In this document: positions 9,325 to 17,838 of the stretch, piece by piece | How the letters are laid out: every line of letters starts with the position of its first letter | How positions within the stretch are numbered: the first letter of the stretch is position 1 | Source: an uncultured bacterium | Lineage (GTDB): Bacteria > Desulfobacterota_D > UBA1144 | DNA: 64,000 bases | Direction: 5' to 3' | Assembly: GCA_913050245.1 (NCBI GenBank) | Contig: CAJWZJ010000005.1 | Span: 30,931-94,930 of the forward strand | Notes under the pieces: generated by a model | What the model was told of the DNA's origin: nothing | What the model saw: the letters and a program-made list of their open reading frames with translations, nothing else | Databases searched by the model: none | Program-made: the position numbers and the translations under genes

Positions 9325-9353
9325 GCGTATTTAACAGTTTAAATAGTCATTAT

Positions 9354-10610
9354 CTAGAATATCCATCCTATTCCAAGGTTATATTGTGTGTAATCATTGT
9401 TTGACCCTGGATTTGTGTGTCTTAAAGCATCAGCTTTCAAAACAACGTTTCCAATTGGTTTTACAGTTAACCCATAATTCCAATATTGGAGATCTTGATA
9501 GCTTCTATTAGAATTTGCACTTGAATCAGTCTTCTTGTGGTAGTTGAGATTCTCGTATCTAAAGAACGGAGCAACATACCAGCTTGTACCAATCATATGT
9601 CCTAAATCTTTTGCTAATTCATAGTAATAACCAACTTGTTTGGTACCAAATTTTGTATTTGCATTACCAGTTAAATATGAATTAAATCTGTCAATATTAG
9701 ACAATTTATGATTTGTGTAAAGTGCACGATATTCGAAACCACCTACATCACCCATAATATAAATCGTTCTCCATTCGACTCTTGATTTAGGATCATTCAT
9801 ATCATAAGCAGTTGCTGTAATACCTGAAGGTTGGATGTTACCTCTGTAATAAGAACCACCAATAACAGTTTTATTATTAAAGTTATATTTAATAGAACCT
9901 GTTAAAGCTAATTCATTAGCAGTAGATGAACTACCCTTACTTCTGAAATTTTTATTAGTATTACCAGTGGCAGAAACACCTGGGTTTTTCAAAGAAGTAA
10001 GATAATAGAGTTTATACTCTAGCTGTTTTTCAGCTGTCTCTCCGAAAATACCAACACCATTTTCCCTATTTGTTGTAGGCAACATGGTTGTTTCAGTTTG
10101 AGGTCTATAAACACCGTGGAAAAGAGTTGGTTCATGTAGTTCGTTTATGATACCTGTAGGTAATAATAACAAACCAGCTCTGAAGCCCAATAAACCATTC
10201 ATTGCTTTTGGTGTATAATCAAGATAACCAAATTCAAGGAAAGCTTCATCACCATGCTCAAACTCAAGTTCAGTATTTAGTGACCATTCATCTGTGAATT
10301 TATAACCAATATAAAAAACACCTCTATAAGCATCAGTCTGATCTAATTTCTGCTCACTTCTGAAAAATTTACCAACAATTTCACCGTAACCACCAATAGA
10401 AAGTCCGGATGAAGTGTTATAAACTTTAGAAGCAGCAGGTCCAAAACCATACTGGGAGCCTATTTCACCGCCAAAGCCACTTCTTTTAAGTTGCTCAACT
10501 TCTTCAGTAAGAACATCAATTCTTTCTTCCAAAGATTGAGAAAAACTATTAAAAGGAATAGCAAAAATAGCAAGCATAATCACTAATAATTTAATATTAT
10601 TTGCAATCAT
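9354..10610 (-). CDS. Outer-membrane beta-barrel porin (porin O/P-like)
   Basis: SD AAGGAGG before ATG 10610, signal peptide, short coiled coil, SIGGYGE and ELEFEH motifs, alternating beta-strands, C-terminal beta-signal GIGWIF. Confidence 0.82.
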   Translation of the reverse strand: MIANNIKLLVIMLAIFAIPFNSFSQSLEERIDVLTEEVEQLKRSGFGGEIGSQYGFGPAASKVYNTSSGLSIGGYGEIVGKFFRSEQKLDQTDAYRGVFYIGYKFTDEWSLNTELEFEHGDEAFLEFGYLDYTPKAMNGLLGFRAGLLLLPTGIINELHEPTLFHGVYRPQTETTMLPTTNRENGVGIFGETAEKQLEYKLYYLTSLKNPGVSATGNTNKNFRSKGSSSTANELALTGSIKYNFNNKTVIGGSYYRGNIQPSGITATAYDMNDPKSRVEWRTIYIMGDVGGFEYRALYTNHKLSNIDRFNSYLTGNANTKFGTKQVGYYYELAKDLGHMIGTSWYVAPFFRYENLNYHKKTDSSANSNRSYQDLQYWNYGLTVKPIGNVVLKADALRHTNPGSNNDYTQYNLGIGWIF

Positions 10611-10632
10611 AATATCCTCCTTAGTAGATATT

Positions 10633-10658
10633 ATGGATATCCAATATCCATGATATCC
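10633..10658. promoter_or_regulatory. Operator-like 19-bp palindrome ATGGATAT-CCA-ATATCCAT plus an adjacent GATATCC repeat
   Basis: Perfect 8-3-8 inverted repeat in the divergent intergenic region; the half-site ATGGATATC recurs at 10727-10735. Confidence 0.55.
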
Positions 10659-10748
10659 TAAATATATATGTTTTAAAAAAAGTTTCAAGTAAAAAATTTG
10701 ACTAAATAATTTTATTTGATACATTTATGGATATCGGAGGTCTATAAT

Positions 10749-11108
10749 ATGAAAAATTTCAAGATATTTCTATTTTCTACTTTTATTTTATTATTGCCAT
10801 TGTCTGGAAAAACAGATTTTAAGCCATTAAAATTACAAATTGATAAATTTCAATCTCTTCTCTCTGAGTCTGAGACTATTACTAAAAGAGACCTTAAAAA
10901 AAATTTAAAATTATTAATGAATAAGGCTAAATCAATTGAAAGCAAACTAGCCAGCGGACACATTAATGACGATCTTAAATTTTTAATGAATAAGTATGTG
11001 TATAAGAATTCTGACAAAACAGTTAAAACTTCTGAACTCATTTATTGGATTGAGCACTTAGATGAAGAATTAATTATGTTCAAAGAAGATATGGGTATTG
11101 ACGGTTGA
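10749..11108 (+). CDS. Hypothetical secreted helical protein
   Basis: SD GGAGG 8 nt before ATG 10749, signal peptide-like N-terminus, amphipathic helices; overlaps the apbE ORF. Confidence 0.7.
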   Translation: MKNFKIFLFSTFILLLPLSGKTDFKPLKLQIDKFQSLLSESETITKRDLKKNLKLLMNKAKSIESKLASGHINDDLKFLMNKYVYKNSDKTVKTSELIYWIEHLDEELIMFKEDMGIDG

Positions 11109-12141
11109 TCTTGGTAAATTTGGATCACGATTTGTATCAAATAATAAAGAATTTAATAGGTACATAAAGCTGAAATACATTAAATTTTTCTTCCTCTTAT
11201 CAACTTTTCTTCTATTACCTCATACTTATTTTGCCAAAGAGTATAATAGGAGTTTTATAATATGGGGGACAAATTTTGATTTACAAATAAAATCAAACTT
11301 GGACAAGAAAAGTTTAAATTTAATATCAGAAGAATCAGTCAATATTTTAAATAGATTAAATATCATTTTTAATAATTATCAAAAGTTATCTGAAATTACT
11401 ATTTTCAATGAATCAAAAATAAATTCAGAAATATCAATTTCCCCTGAATTTGTTGAACTATTAATAGAATCCAAAAAATATCATGAAATATCGGATGGTT
11501 ATTTTGATATAACAATTGGAAATTTAACGTCAAAATTTGATTATAAAAATGTCGATAAATCAATCCAAATAAAAAAAAATCAATTCGATTGTAGCGGTTG
11601 GGAAAATATATTATTGGTCAAAAATAATTCTGCTCTAATTAAGAAAAAAAATTGCATTAATATTGATTTTGGCGGAATCGCTGAAGGCTATGCATTAAAA
11701 AAGATAATAAAGTTTATTAATCAATCAGGAATTGATGATGCAATTATTAATTTTGGAGGAAATATCTCAACATTATCTAAAAATCAAGATTGGGAAGTTT
11801 ATATTAATTACCCTTCAAAGGAACCTAAACCATTTAAAAAGATAAAACTTAATAACCTATCTATTTCAACATCATCTCTATATGGGAAATCTATTAAAAT
11901 TAATGGGGATAAAATGTCACATATATTTAATCCTAAAAATAAATTATTTTTAAAATATAAAAATTTATCGGTATCAGTTATTTCCGATGACCCCATATAT
12001 GCAGATGCTATGTCCACAGCTTTAATTTCAATGGATTACTCAGACATGGAAGCATTTATAGAAAAGAATAATATAAAAGTTATAGTTCTTGGAGAGAAAG
12101 ATGGGAAAGGAGAAGTTTTATATATATCTGATGGTATATAA
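11098..12141 (+). CDS. apbE: FAD:protein FMN transferase ApbE
   Basis: SDGYFDITIG, IDFGGIAEGYA, INFGGNI, SISTSSLY, SHIFNP, ADAMSTAL. Exact start uncertain. Confidence 0.93.
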   Translation: MTVDLGKFGSRFVSNNKEFNRYIKLKYIKFFFLLSTFLLLPHTYFAKEYNRSFIIWGTNFDLQIKSNLDKKSLNLISEESVNILNRLNIIFNNYQKLSEITIFNESKINSEISISPEFVELLIESKKYHEISDGYFDITIGNLTSKFDYKNVDKSIQIKKNQFDCSGWENILLVKNNSALIKKKNCINIDFGGIAEGYALKKIIKFINQSGIDDAIINFGGNISTLSKNQDWEVYINYPSKEPKPFKKIKLNNLSISTSSLYGKSIKINGDKMSHIFNPKNKLFLKYKNLSVSVISDDPIYADAMSTALISMDYSDMEAFIEKNNIKVIVLGEKDGKGEVLYISDGI

Positions 12142-12142
12142 A

Positions 12143-12215
12143 TCGGGGTGAGAGGGCTCGAACCTCCGACCCCCTGTTCCCAAAACAGGTGCGCTACCAG
12201 CTGCGCTACACCCCG
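12143..12215 (-). tRNA. tRNA-Pro (UGG)
   Basis: CGGGGTGTAGCGCAGCTGGTAGCGCACCTGTTTTGGGAACAGGGGGTCGGAGGTTCGAGCCC. Confidence 0.96.
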
Positions 12216-12262
12216 ATTAAAGAATCAATTATACATATTTAACTTAAAACAACAAAATAAAT

Positions 12263-13900
12263 TTAGACTTGAAAAAATTCTTGATTATATTTGAAAATTT
12301 TTGAATATTCCTTATCAAGCTTTATTAAATCTTTATGGTTACCAGTCTCGACTAACTTACCATTATTTAGAATGAGAATTTTATCTTCATCTCTTATTAA
12401 ATTTAATCTATGTGCTATTAAAATTGAAGTTTTTGATTTAACACCTTCTAAATAATCTTTGACATCTTTCTCTAAATCTAAATCAAGATTTGATGTAGCC
12501 TCATCTAATATAATTATATGGAATGGCTTCTCTAGAGTTTGCTTAACATTCTTTATTTGCTTTTCACCTACTGATCTAATAGCATCAACATTATTAATAT
12601 TTTCATCATCTAAAACTATATTAAATAGAGGCGTATCTTGCATAATCACAGAAAAATTTCTTCTGATAGAATGAAAATCATAGTGATTCAAAGGTATACC
12701 ATCGATAAAAATTTCACCTTTTTGAGCCGAGTAAAAACCTAGCAACAAGTTAATTATAGTAGTTTTACCAGATCCTGTTGAACCCAAAAGTAATAATGAA
12801 TCTCCATTTTTAATCTCTAGATTAAAATCCTTTAGAACCCAGTTTTCATCATTATATGCAAAAGAAACATTATCGAACTTTATTGACTTAAAGTTATTTG
12901 GAAATTTAATATTCCCATATTGTTCTGTTTTAATTTTAATTATTTCATATAAGTTTTCACTTGCTGCCAAGGCTGATTGCAAAATATTATATTTATCTGC
13001 TAAATCTAAAATAGGCCTAAAAATCATTCTTAAAAAAAATAAAATTGCTAAAAGTTGGCCTATGGATAAATTTCCATCAATAATCTGCTGTCCTCCAAAC
13101 CAAATTATTGCTGCAGTTGAAAAAACTGACATGAACTCTATAAAAGGTCTAAAAATTGCAAATGTATACATTTGCTCCATGTTAGCATCGAAATTTTCTT
13201 TACTTAACTTTTCAAATCTTTGAAAATTATTATCTTTTTTATTATATATTTTTAATAAATTTATACCTCTTATAGATTCATTTATAAATGAGTTGAGCTT
13301 TGAAATTGTTAATCTTAATGCAGTATAAACTCTTCTTAATCTTTTTCTGTACAAGAAAGCAAAAAATATGATAGAAATAATTATTCCAATCATCATAAAA
13401 GTTAAGCTTGCGTTGTATTTAAACATTACATAAACGACTCCTATGATTACTAATATATCTTTCAAAAATTGAACCAAAACGTTTGTATAAAATTCATTTA
13501 AAGCATTAACGTCGTTGGTAACCCTTGTTGTTACTCTTCCAACACTTTGTTTATCAAAGAAATCTTGTGGCAACTTTAGTACATGATCAAAAACATTGTC
13601 ACGGATATTTCTCATTATTTTTTGGCCTGTGATATTCAGAATGTAGCTAAATGTTGAACTAAAAATAAAAACACCAAAAATTAATAATAGTATTTCAAAA
13701 GAATATTCTTTTATTTGATCAAATGATGATTTAGATTCAACTATACCATCTACAACATTTTTTATATTAATTGGGATAAGTAATTCAAAGGCTGCAACAA
13801 TTATCATTGTAAAGAATGCTATGCCTATCCATAGCTTGAAGGGCTTAGTAAATGAAATTAACCATACTAATATATTTCTGTCTTCTTTGCCTTTATGCAT
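12263..13900 (-). CDS. Heterodimeric ABC exporter subunit B (TMD+NBD) with a shortened helical subdomain
   Basis: Walker A GSTGSGKT, Walker B IILDE, H-switch IAHRL, degenerate signature SVGEKQ. ATG 13900 overlaps the partner's stop (ATGCATAA). Confidence 0.9.
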   Translation of the reverse strand: MHKGKEDRNILVWLISFTKPFKLWIGIAFFTMIIVAAFELLIPINIKNVVDGIVESKSSFDQIKEYSFEILLLIFGVFIFSSTFSYILNITGQKIMRNIRDNVFDHVLKLPQDFFDKQSVGRVTTRVTNDVNALNEFYTNVLVQFLKDILVIIGVVYVMFKYNASLTFMMIGIIISIIFFAFLYRKRLRRVYTALRLTISKLNSFINESIRGINLLKIYNKKDNNFQRFEKLSKENFDANMEQMYTFAIFRPFIEFMSVFSTAAIIWFGGQQIIDGNLSIGQLLAILFFLRMIFRPILDLADKYNILQSALAASENLYEIIKIKTEQYGNIKFPNNFKSIKFDNVSFAYNDENWVLKDFNLEIKNGDSLLLLGSTGSGKTTIINLLLGFYSAQKGEIFIDGIPLNHYDFHSIRRNFSVIMQDTPLFNIVLDDENINNVDAIRSVGEKQIKNVKQTLEKPFHIIILDEATSNLDLDLEKDVKDYLEGVKSKTSILIAHRLNLIRDEDKILILNNGKLVETGNHKDLIKLDKEYSKIFKYNQEFFQV

Positions 13901-15626
13901 TTGATTCGCCTGGTAGTATTTTTTGTATATTAAGCAATTCTTTAAAAAGACTTTTATTCTTTGAAAGTTCTTCTGAACTTCCGTCTTCAACTATTTCCCC
14001 AGAATCAAGAACTAAAATTTTATCCATTGAATATATTGTAGAAATTCTGGAGGATATTATCACAAGGAATTTATTATTAAACTCTTTTTTAATCTTTTTT
14101 AAAATATTTAGCTCAGTATCAACATCCAAAGAGGATAAGGTATCATCAATAATGAGCATTTGTGGATTCTGATATAATGCTCTTGCTAAAGATAGTCTCT
14201 GTCTCTGCCCGCCAGACAGGCTAACACCTCTTTCACCAACAATCTCATCAATCCCTTTTGGTAATTTCTTTAAATCTTTAATAAATCCACTTATTTCTAA
14301 GCAATTAAAAATTTTTTCATCATTTTTTTTCTTATCGAAGAAAGACACATTCTCCCTAATTGTCCCTGAAAATATTACAGGATTCTGTGGTACATATATT
14401 ACTCTCTGTCTGATTGAGGCTTTATTTATCTCATTTATTTCTACATCATCAAAGAAAATATTTTTACTCTGATAATTTTTTAAAATTAAATTTGCAATTG
14501 ATGTTTTACCAGATGCTGTTTTGCCAGTAATTCCCATAGAGGAACCTTTTTTTAAAATAAAACTGATATTATTAAGAATTTTTTTATTAGAATTATTAAA
14601 AGAAACATTTTTAAATTCTATTTTATTTATTGTATTCAAATTTACTAAATCAACTTCATCAGATTCTGAATCCTGTGACATAATTGATTGAACTCTGGTA
14701 AGGCATGCATTACCTCTTTTTAGCCAATCTACAGCTAAACCCATTGCAACTACCGGCCAGCCTAGCATTGTCAGATAAACCATTAGAGAAGAAAACTCTC
14801 CTATGGTAATTTGACCGTCAATCACCATTCGACTTCCAATGAATATAAAAATAAATATAGATATTCCGGTAAAAAAAGTAATTAAAGGCTGATAACCAGC
14901 CCATATTTTTATGAGGCTCAAATTTACTTGCTCATAGTCCTTACTTTTATTCTTAAATTTATTCAGTTGATCTTTTTGAACATTCAAAGACTTTATAACT
15001 CTGATTGAATAAATTATTCTTCTTGCTTCTTCGGTCAATTTTGAAAATGATGATTGAACATTTATAAATAATTTTTCTATTAAATCACCATATTTCAAAA
15101 TTAATAGGCCCATTAAAATGAAAGGTATAGAAGCATATGCAGTAAATATTGGCGATATAAAGAACATGGAAATAAATATAAAAGTTAAAAGTACAACACC
15201 ATCATATGCAACCACTATTCCAAAACCACAAGCCATTTTTATTGTTTCAATATCATTAACTCCCCTAGCCATAAAGTCCCCTACTGTATTTTTTTCATAG
15301 GACTCTTTAGGAAGTTTTTGTATTTTGTCAAAATAATCATCTCTTAGTTTTTTTTCTATTCTTCTGGAGGTACCAAGCAAAAAGAATCTCCATACAAATC
15401 TAAAAATTGCCATAACTACTCCGCAAATTATTAAATAAAATGCGCTTTTATTAATAGTTTCACTAGCATTTTTGATATTACTTGCCTGTGATATGGAATC
15501 AATTACATTCCCAACCAAGATTGGCACTAACAACTGCATCATGTCTACCATCGTTAAACCAACAATTCCAAAAAAGATATTCTTTTTATGGTTTTTTAGT
15601 AATGAATATAAAGTTTTTTTTCTCAT
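13893..15626 (-). CDS. Heterodimeric ABC exporter subunit A (TMD+NBD)
   Basis: GKTASGKT, LSGGQRQR, degenerate Walker B LIIDD and switch ISSR. Confidence 0.92.
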   Translation of the reverse strand: MRKKTLYSLLKNHKKNIFFGIVGLTMVDMMQLLVPILVGNVIDSISQASNIKNASETINKSAFYLIICGVVMAIFRFVWRFFLLGTSRRIEKKLRDDYFDKIQKLPKESYEKNTVGDFMARGVNDIETIKMACGFGIVVAYDGVVLLTFIFISMFFISPIFTAYASIPFILMGLLILKYGDLIEKLFINVQSSFSKLTEEARRIIYSIRVIKSLNVQKDQLNKFKNKSKDYEQVNLSLIKIWAGYQPLITFFTGISIFIFIFIGSRMVIDGQITIGEFSSLMVYLTMLGWPVVAMGLAVDWLKRGNACLTRVQSIMSQDSESDEVDLVNLNTINKIEFKNVSFNNSNKKILNNISFILKKGSSMGITGKTASGKTSIANLILKNYQSKNIFFDDVEINEINKASIRQRVIYVPQNPVIFSGTIRENVSFFDKKKNDEKIFNCLEISGFIKDLKKLPKGIDEIVGERGVSLSGGQRQRLSLARALYQNPQMLIIDDTLSSLDVDTELNILKKIKKEFNNKFLVIISSRISTIYSMDKILVLDSGEIVEDGSSEELSKNKSLFKELLNIQKILPGESNA

Positions 15627-15709
15627 TTTTAATATTCTAAAATATAAGTCTATTTTTCATTATAAATGAAATAATTGACAAAAAAGAAAATAAGGGTTTT
15701 ACTAGGAAA

Positions 15710-16600
15710 ATGGATTTGGGAATTGCTTTACCTATAATTGCTAATATTAATATTGATGATCAACTAAAAATTGCAATAAAAGCTGAACAATTAGGTTTTA
15801 ATTCTGTATGGGCAAGCGACCATATTATAATTCCTCAGGAATGGAAAGGAAGATTCTCAGATATTTTCCCTGATCCTTTTATAATCCTCACTGCAATTTC
15901 TCAAAATACATCAAAAATTACTTTGGGAACTAGTGCTATAATACTTCCCTACAGAAACCCAATTATTGTTGCCAAAATGCTGTCAACGTTAGATAATCTT
16001 TGCCAAGGTAGACTAATATGTACAGTTGCACCAGGTTGGATGAAAGAGGAATTTGATATTCTGGGTGTTCAGTATGAAGGAAGAATAAAGAAAACCGAAG
16101 AATTTATAAAAATCTTGAAAAACTTATGGAGCGAAAATCCTGAACCATTTAACGGAGAATTTTATTCATTTCAAAACGTATCTTTTCAGCCTAAGCCACT
16201 TCAAGATAAATTACAGATTTGGATGGGTGGGAATGCAGATGCCGCGATTGAAAGAGCTGTAGAATATGCTGATGGCTGGCAGCCTATTTGGTTTAGTCCT
16301 AATGAATTGAGGGAGAAAATTACATATCTAGAAAAGTATGCGGATGAAAGAAAAGTAGATATAAATAAAGAAATTTATAATATTTCTTTACGAAATAGAA
16401 TATTAATATCTGACTCAAATGATAATGGTAATAATCCTGATACCGCACTAATAGGTAAAAAAGATGAAGTATTTGAAAAAATAATTGCTTATAAAGATTT
16501 AAGAATAAAAGAAGTAGTCCTAGATTTTATTTCTCCTAACATTGATGAAATAATTGATACAATGGAAATTGTAGGAAAAGAATTAATTCCAGAACTTTAG
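15710..16600 (+). CDS. LLM-class (luciferase-like) flavin/F420-dependent oxidoreductase
   Basis: AEQLGFNSVWASDHII, TLDNLCQGRL, PKPLQ..IWMGG, ADGWQP. Confidence 0.88.
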   Translation: MDLGIALPIIANINIDDQLKIAIKAEQLGFNSVWASDHIIIPQEWKGRFSDIFPDPFIILTAISQNTSKITLGTSAIILPYRNPIIVAKMLSTLDNLCQGRLICTVAPGWMKEEFDILGVQYEGRIKKTEEFIKILKNLWSENPEPFNGEFYSFQNVSFQPKPLQDKLQIWMGGNADAAIERAVEYADGWQPIWFSPNELREKITYLEKYADERKVDINKEIYNISLRNRILISDSNDNGNNPDTALIGKKDEVFEKIIAYKDLRIKEVVLDFISPNIDEIIDTMEIVGKELIPEL

Positions 16601-17022
16601 TTATCTAATCTTTCTAATAATCCTGTCCAGTATTTATGCCAATAAGAACCTTCAACCTGAGTTTTCAATTCTTTCTTTGCATATACAATAGCATCATCTT
16701 TACTCTCTGTATAAAGCTCAAGTTGCTTAGCCGCGGCATCAAGTTCATCTTCAGAAATCTCTATTGCGTCTAATACTTCACTTACAAATTTTCCCATTTG
16801 TATTAATGAATCATTTAACTGTGTTTTATTTTTATCTATTTCATCAGAAAGTGGGCCTACATCTTTTCCGAGAAGATTTTTTGCTTGAGAAACCCTTGTA
16901 AGATAGTCTTCAACAGATTTAACGTTTCTTATAGCATTTTGCAATTCTTTTACTAAGCTAGTCAGCTGTCTTGAATCAGACATATTATTTTGAATATCTT
17001 TACTTCGAGTTAGATCACCCAT
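16597..17022 (-). CDS. Hypothetical helical protein
   Basis: SD GAGGTG before ATG 17022; coiled-coil-like; C-terminal GSYWHKYWTGLLERL. Confidence 0.75.
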   Translation of the reverse strand: MGDLTRSKDIQNNMSDSRQLTSLVKELQNAIRNVKSVEDYLTRVSQAKNLLGKDVGPLSDEIDKNKTQLNDSLIQMGKFVSEVLDAIEISEDELDAAAKQLELYTESKDDAIVYAKKELKTQVEGSYWHKYWTGLLERLDN

Positions 17023-17043
17023 TATACACCTCAATTAAGATAA

Positions 17044-17838
17044 TTAATTTGTTTTATAAATTATTATACCAGGCTTATTTTTTATATATTCGAAGAAATC
17101 CTCGTCGATAACTTTCATATATTTTTTTTTGCTAGAAGCATGTCTAAAAATAGCATTTCCTTCATTGTCCCATAATAAAAAACCAACATGCGATACGTCC
17201 AATCCAATTTTATTTGATAAGATAGCAACTATATAATGATTTTGTTTATCTTTTAAGCCTAAAACAACCTCTGAGCCTTTATCTATTGAAAAGTATTTTA
17301 TAATTTTTTTCTTTAAGGGTATTCCCTCTAGGTATCTATCATGTTCGCCTTTTTTATTTAAAATTTTAGCAACTTCCTTATTATATCCTTCAACTAACTC
17401 AATATCTCCATTGTCAGTCCAATCTGTAAAAAAATGATTTCTATTAATAAAATTTATTCTACCCATATCATATCTATATTCTCGAACTTTTGTTTTAAAA
17501 ATTCTGAAATTTTTGGAATTTGCCAAGGAATGAACATATTCAACATAAGTAAAACAATCTAGTCTATTAAGATCAATAATAAAAGTCTCTTCAATATCTT
17601 TGGAACCAATTAGCACATTGCCAACATATGGCTTTCCAATTAGGGAGAAAGAATATCTATAATATTTTTCATGGTAAGGCAGATGATGATTTAATTTCAA
17701 TAGATCTTCAATTTCTGTTTTGTTAAAAAAACTTGTATTTTTTTCTTGACTATAAACTTTGGAAGATAAAATTATACATAAAATTATAATTAAACAGAAT
17801 AAACTAGCTAATAATTTTTTTTCTTTTTGAAATTTCAT
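17044..17838 (-). CDS. DUF1460 / NlpC-P60-superfamily N-acetylmuramoyl-L-alanine amidase-like protein
   Basis: RLDCFTYVEY catalytic Cys, RNHFFTDW, GLDVSHVGF, FRHASS; N-terminal hydrophobic signal. Confidence 0.85.
   Translation of the reverse strand: MKFQKEKKLLASLFCLIIILCIILSSKVYSQEKNTSFFNKTEIEDLLKLNHHLPYHEKYYRYSFSLIGKPYVGNVLIGSKDIEETFIIDLNRLDCFTYVEYVHSLANSKNFRIFKTKVREYRYDMGRINFINRNHFFTDWTDNGDIELVEGYNKEVAKILNKKGEHDRYLEGIPLKKKIIKYFSIDKGSEVVLGLKDKQNHYIVAILSNKIGLDVSHVGFLLWDNEGNAIFRHASSKKKYMKVIDEDFFEYIKNKPGIIIYKTN

Noticed and set aside
10611-10724. N-terminal extension of the porin ORF to 10724
   Set aside because: The AAGGAGG SD and signal peptide place the start at 10610; the extension spans the divergent promoter region.
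8124-12142. tRNA-flanked flavinylation block as a mobile element
   Set aside because: No direct repeats of the tRNA ends, no integrase or transposase, and base composition similar to the core genes.
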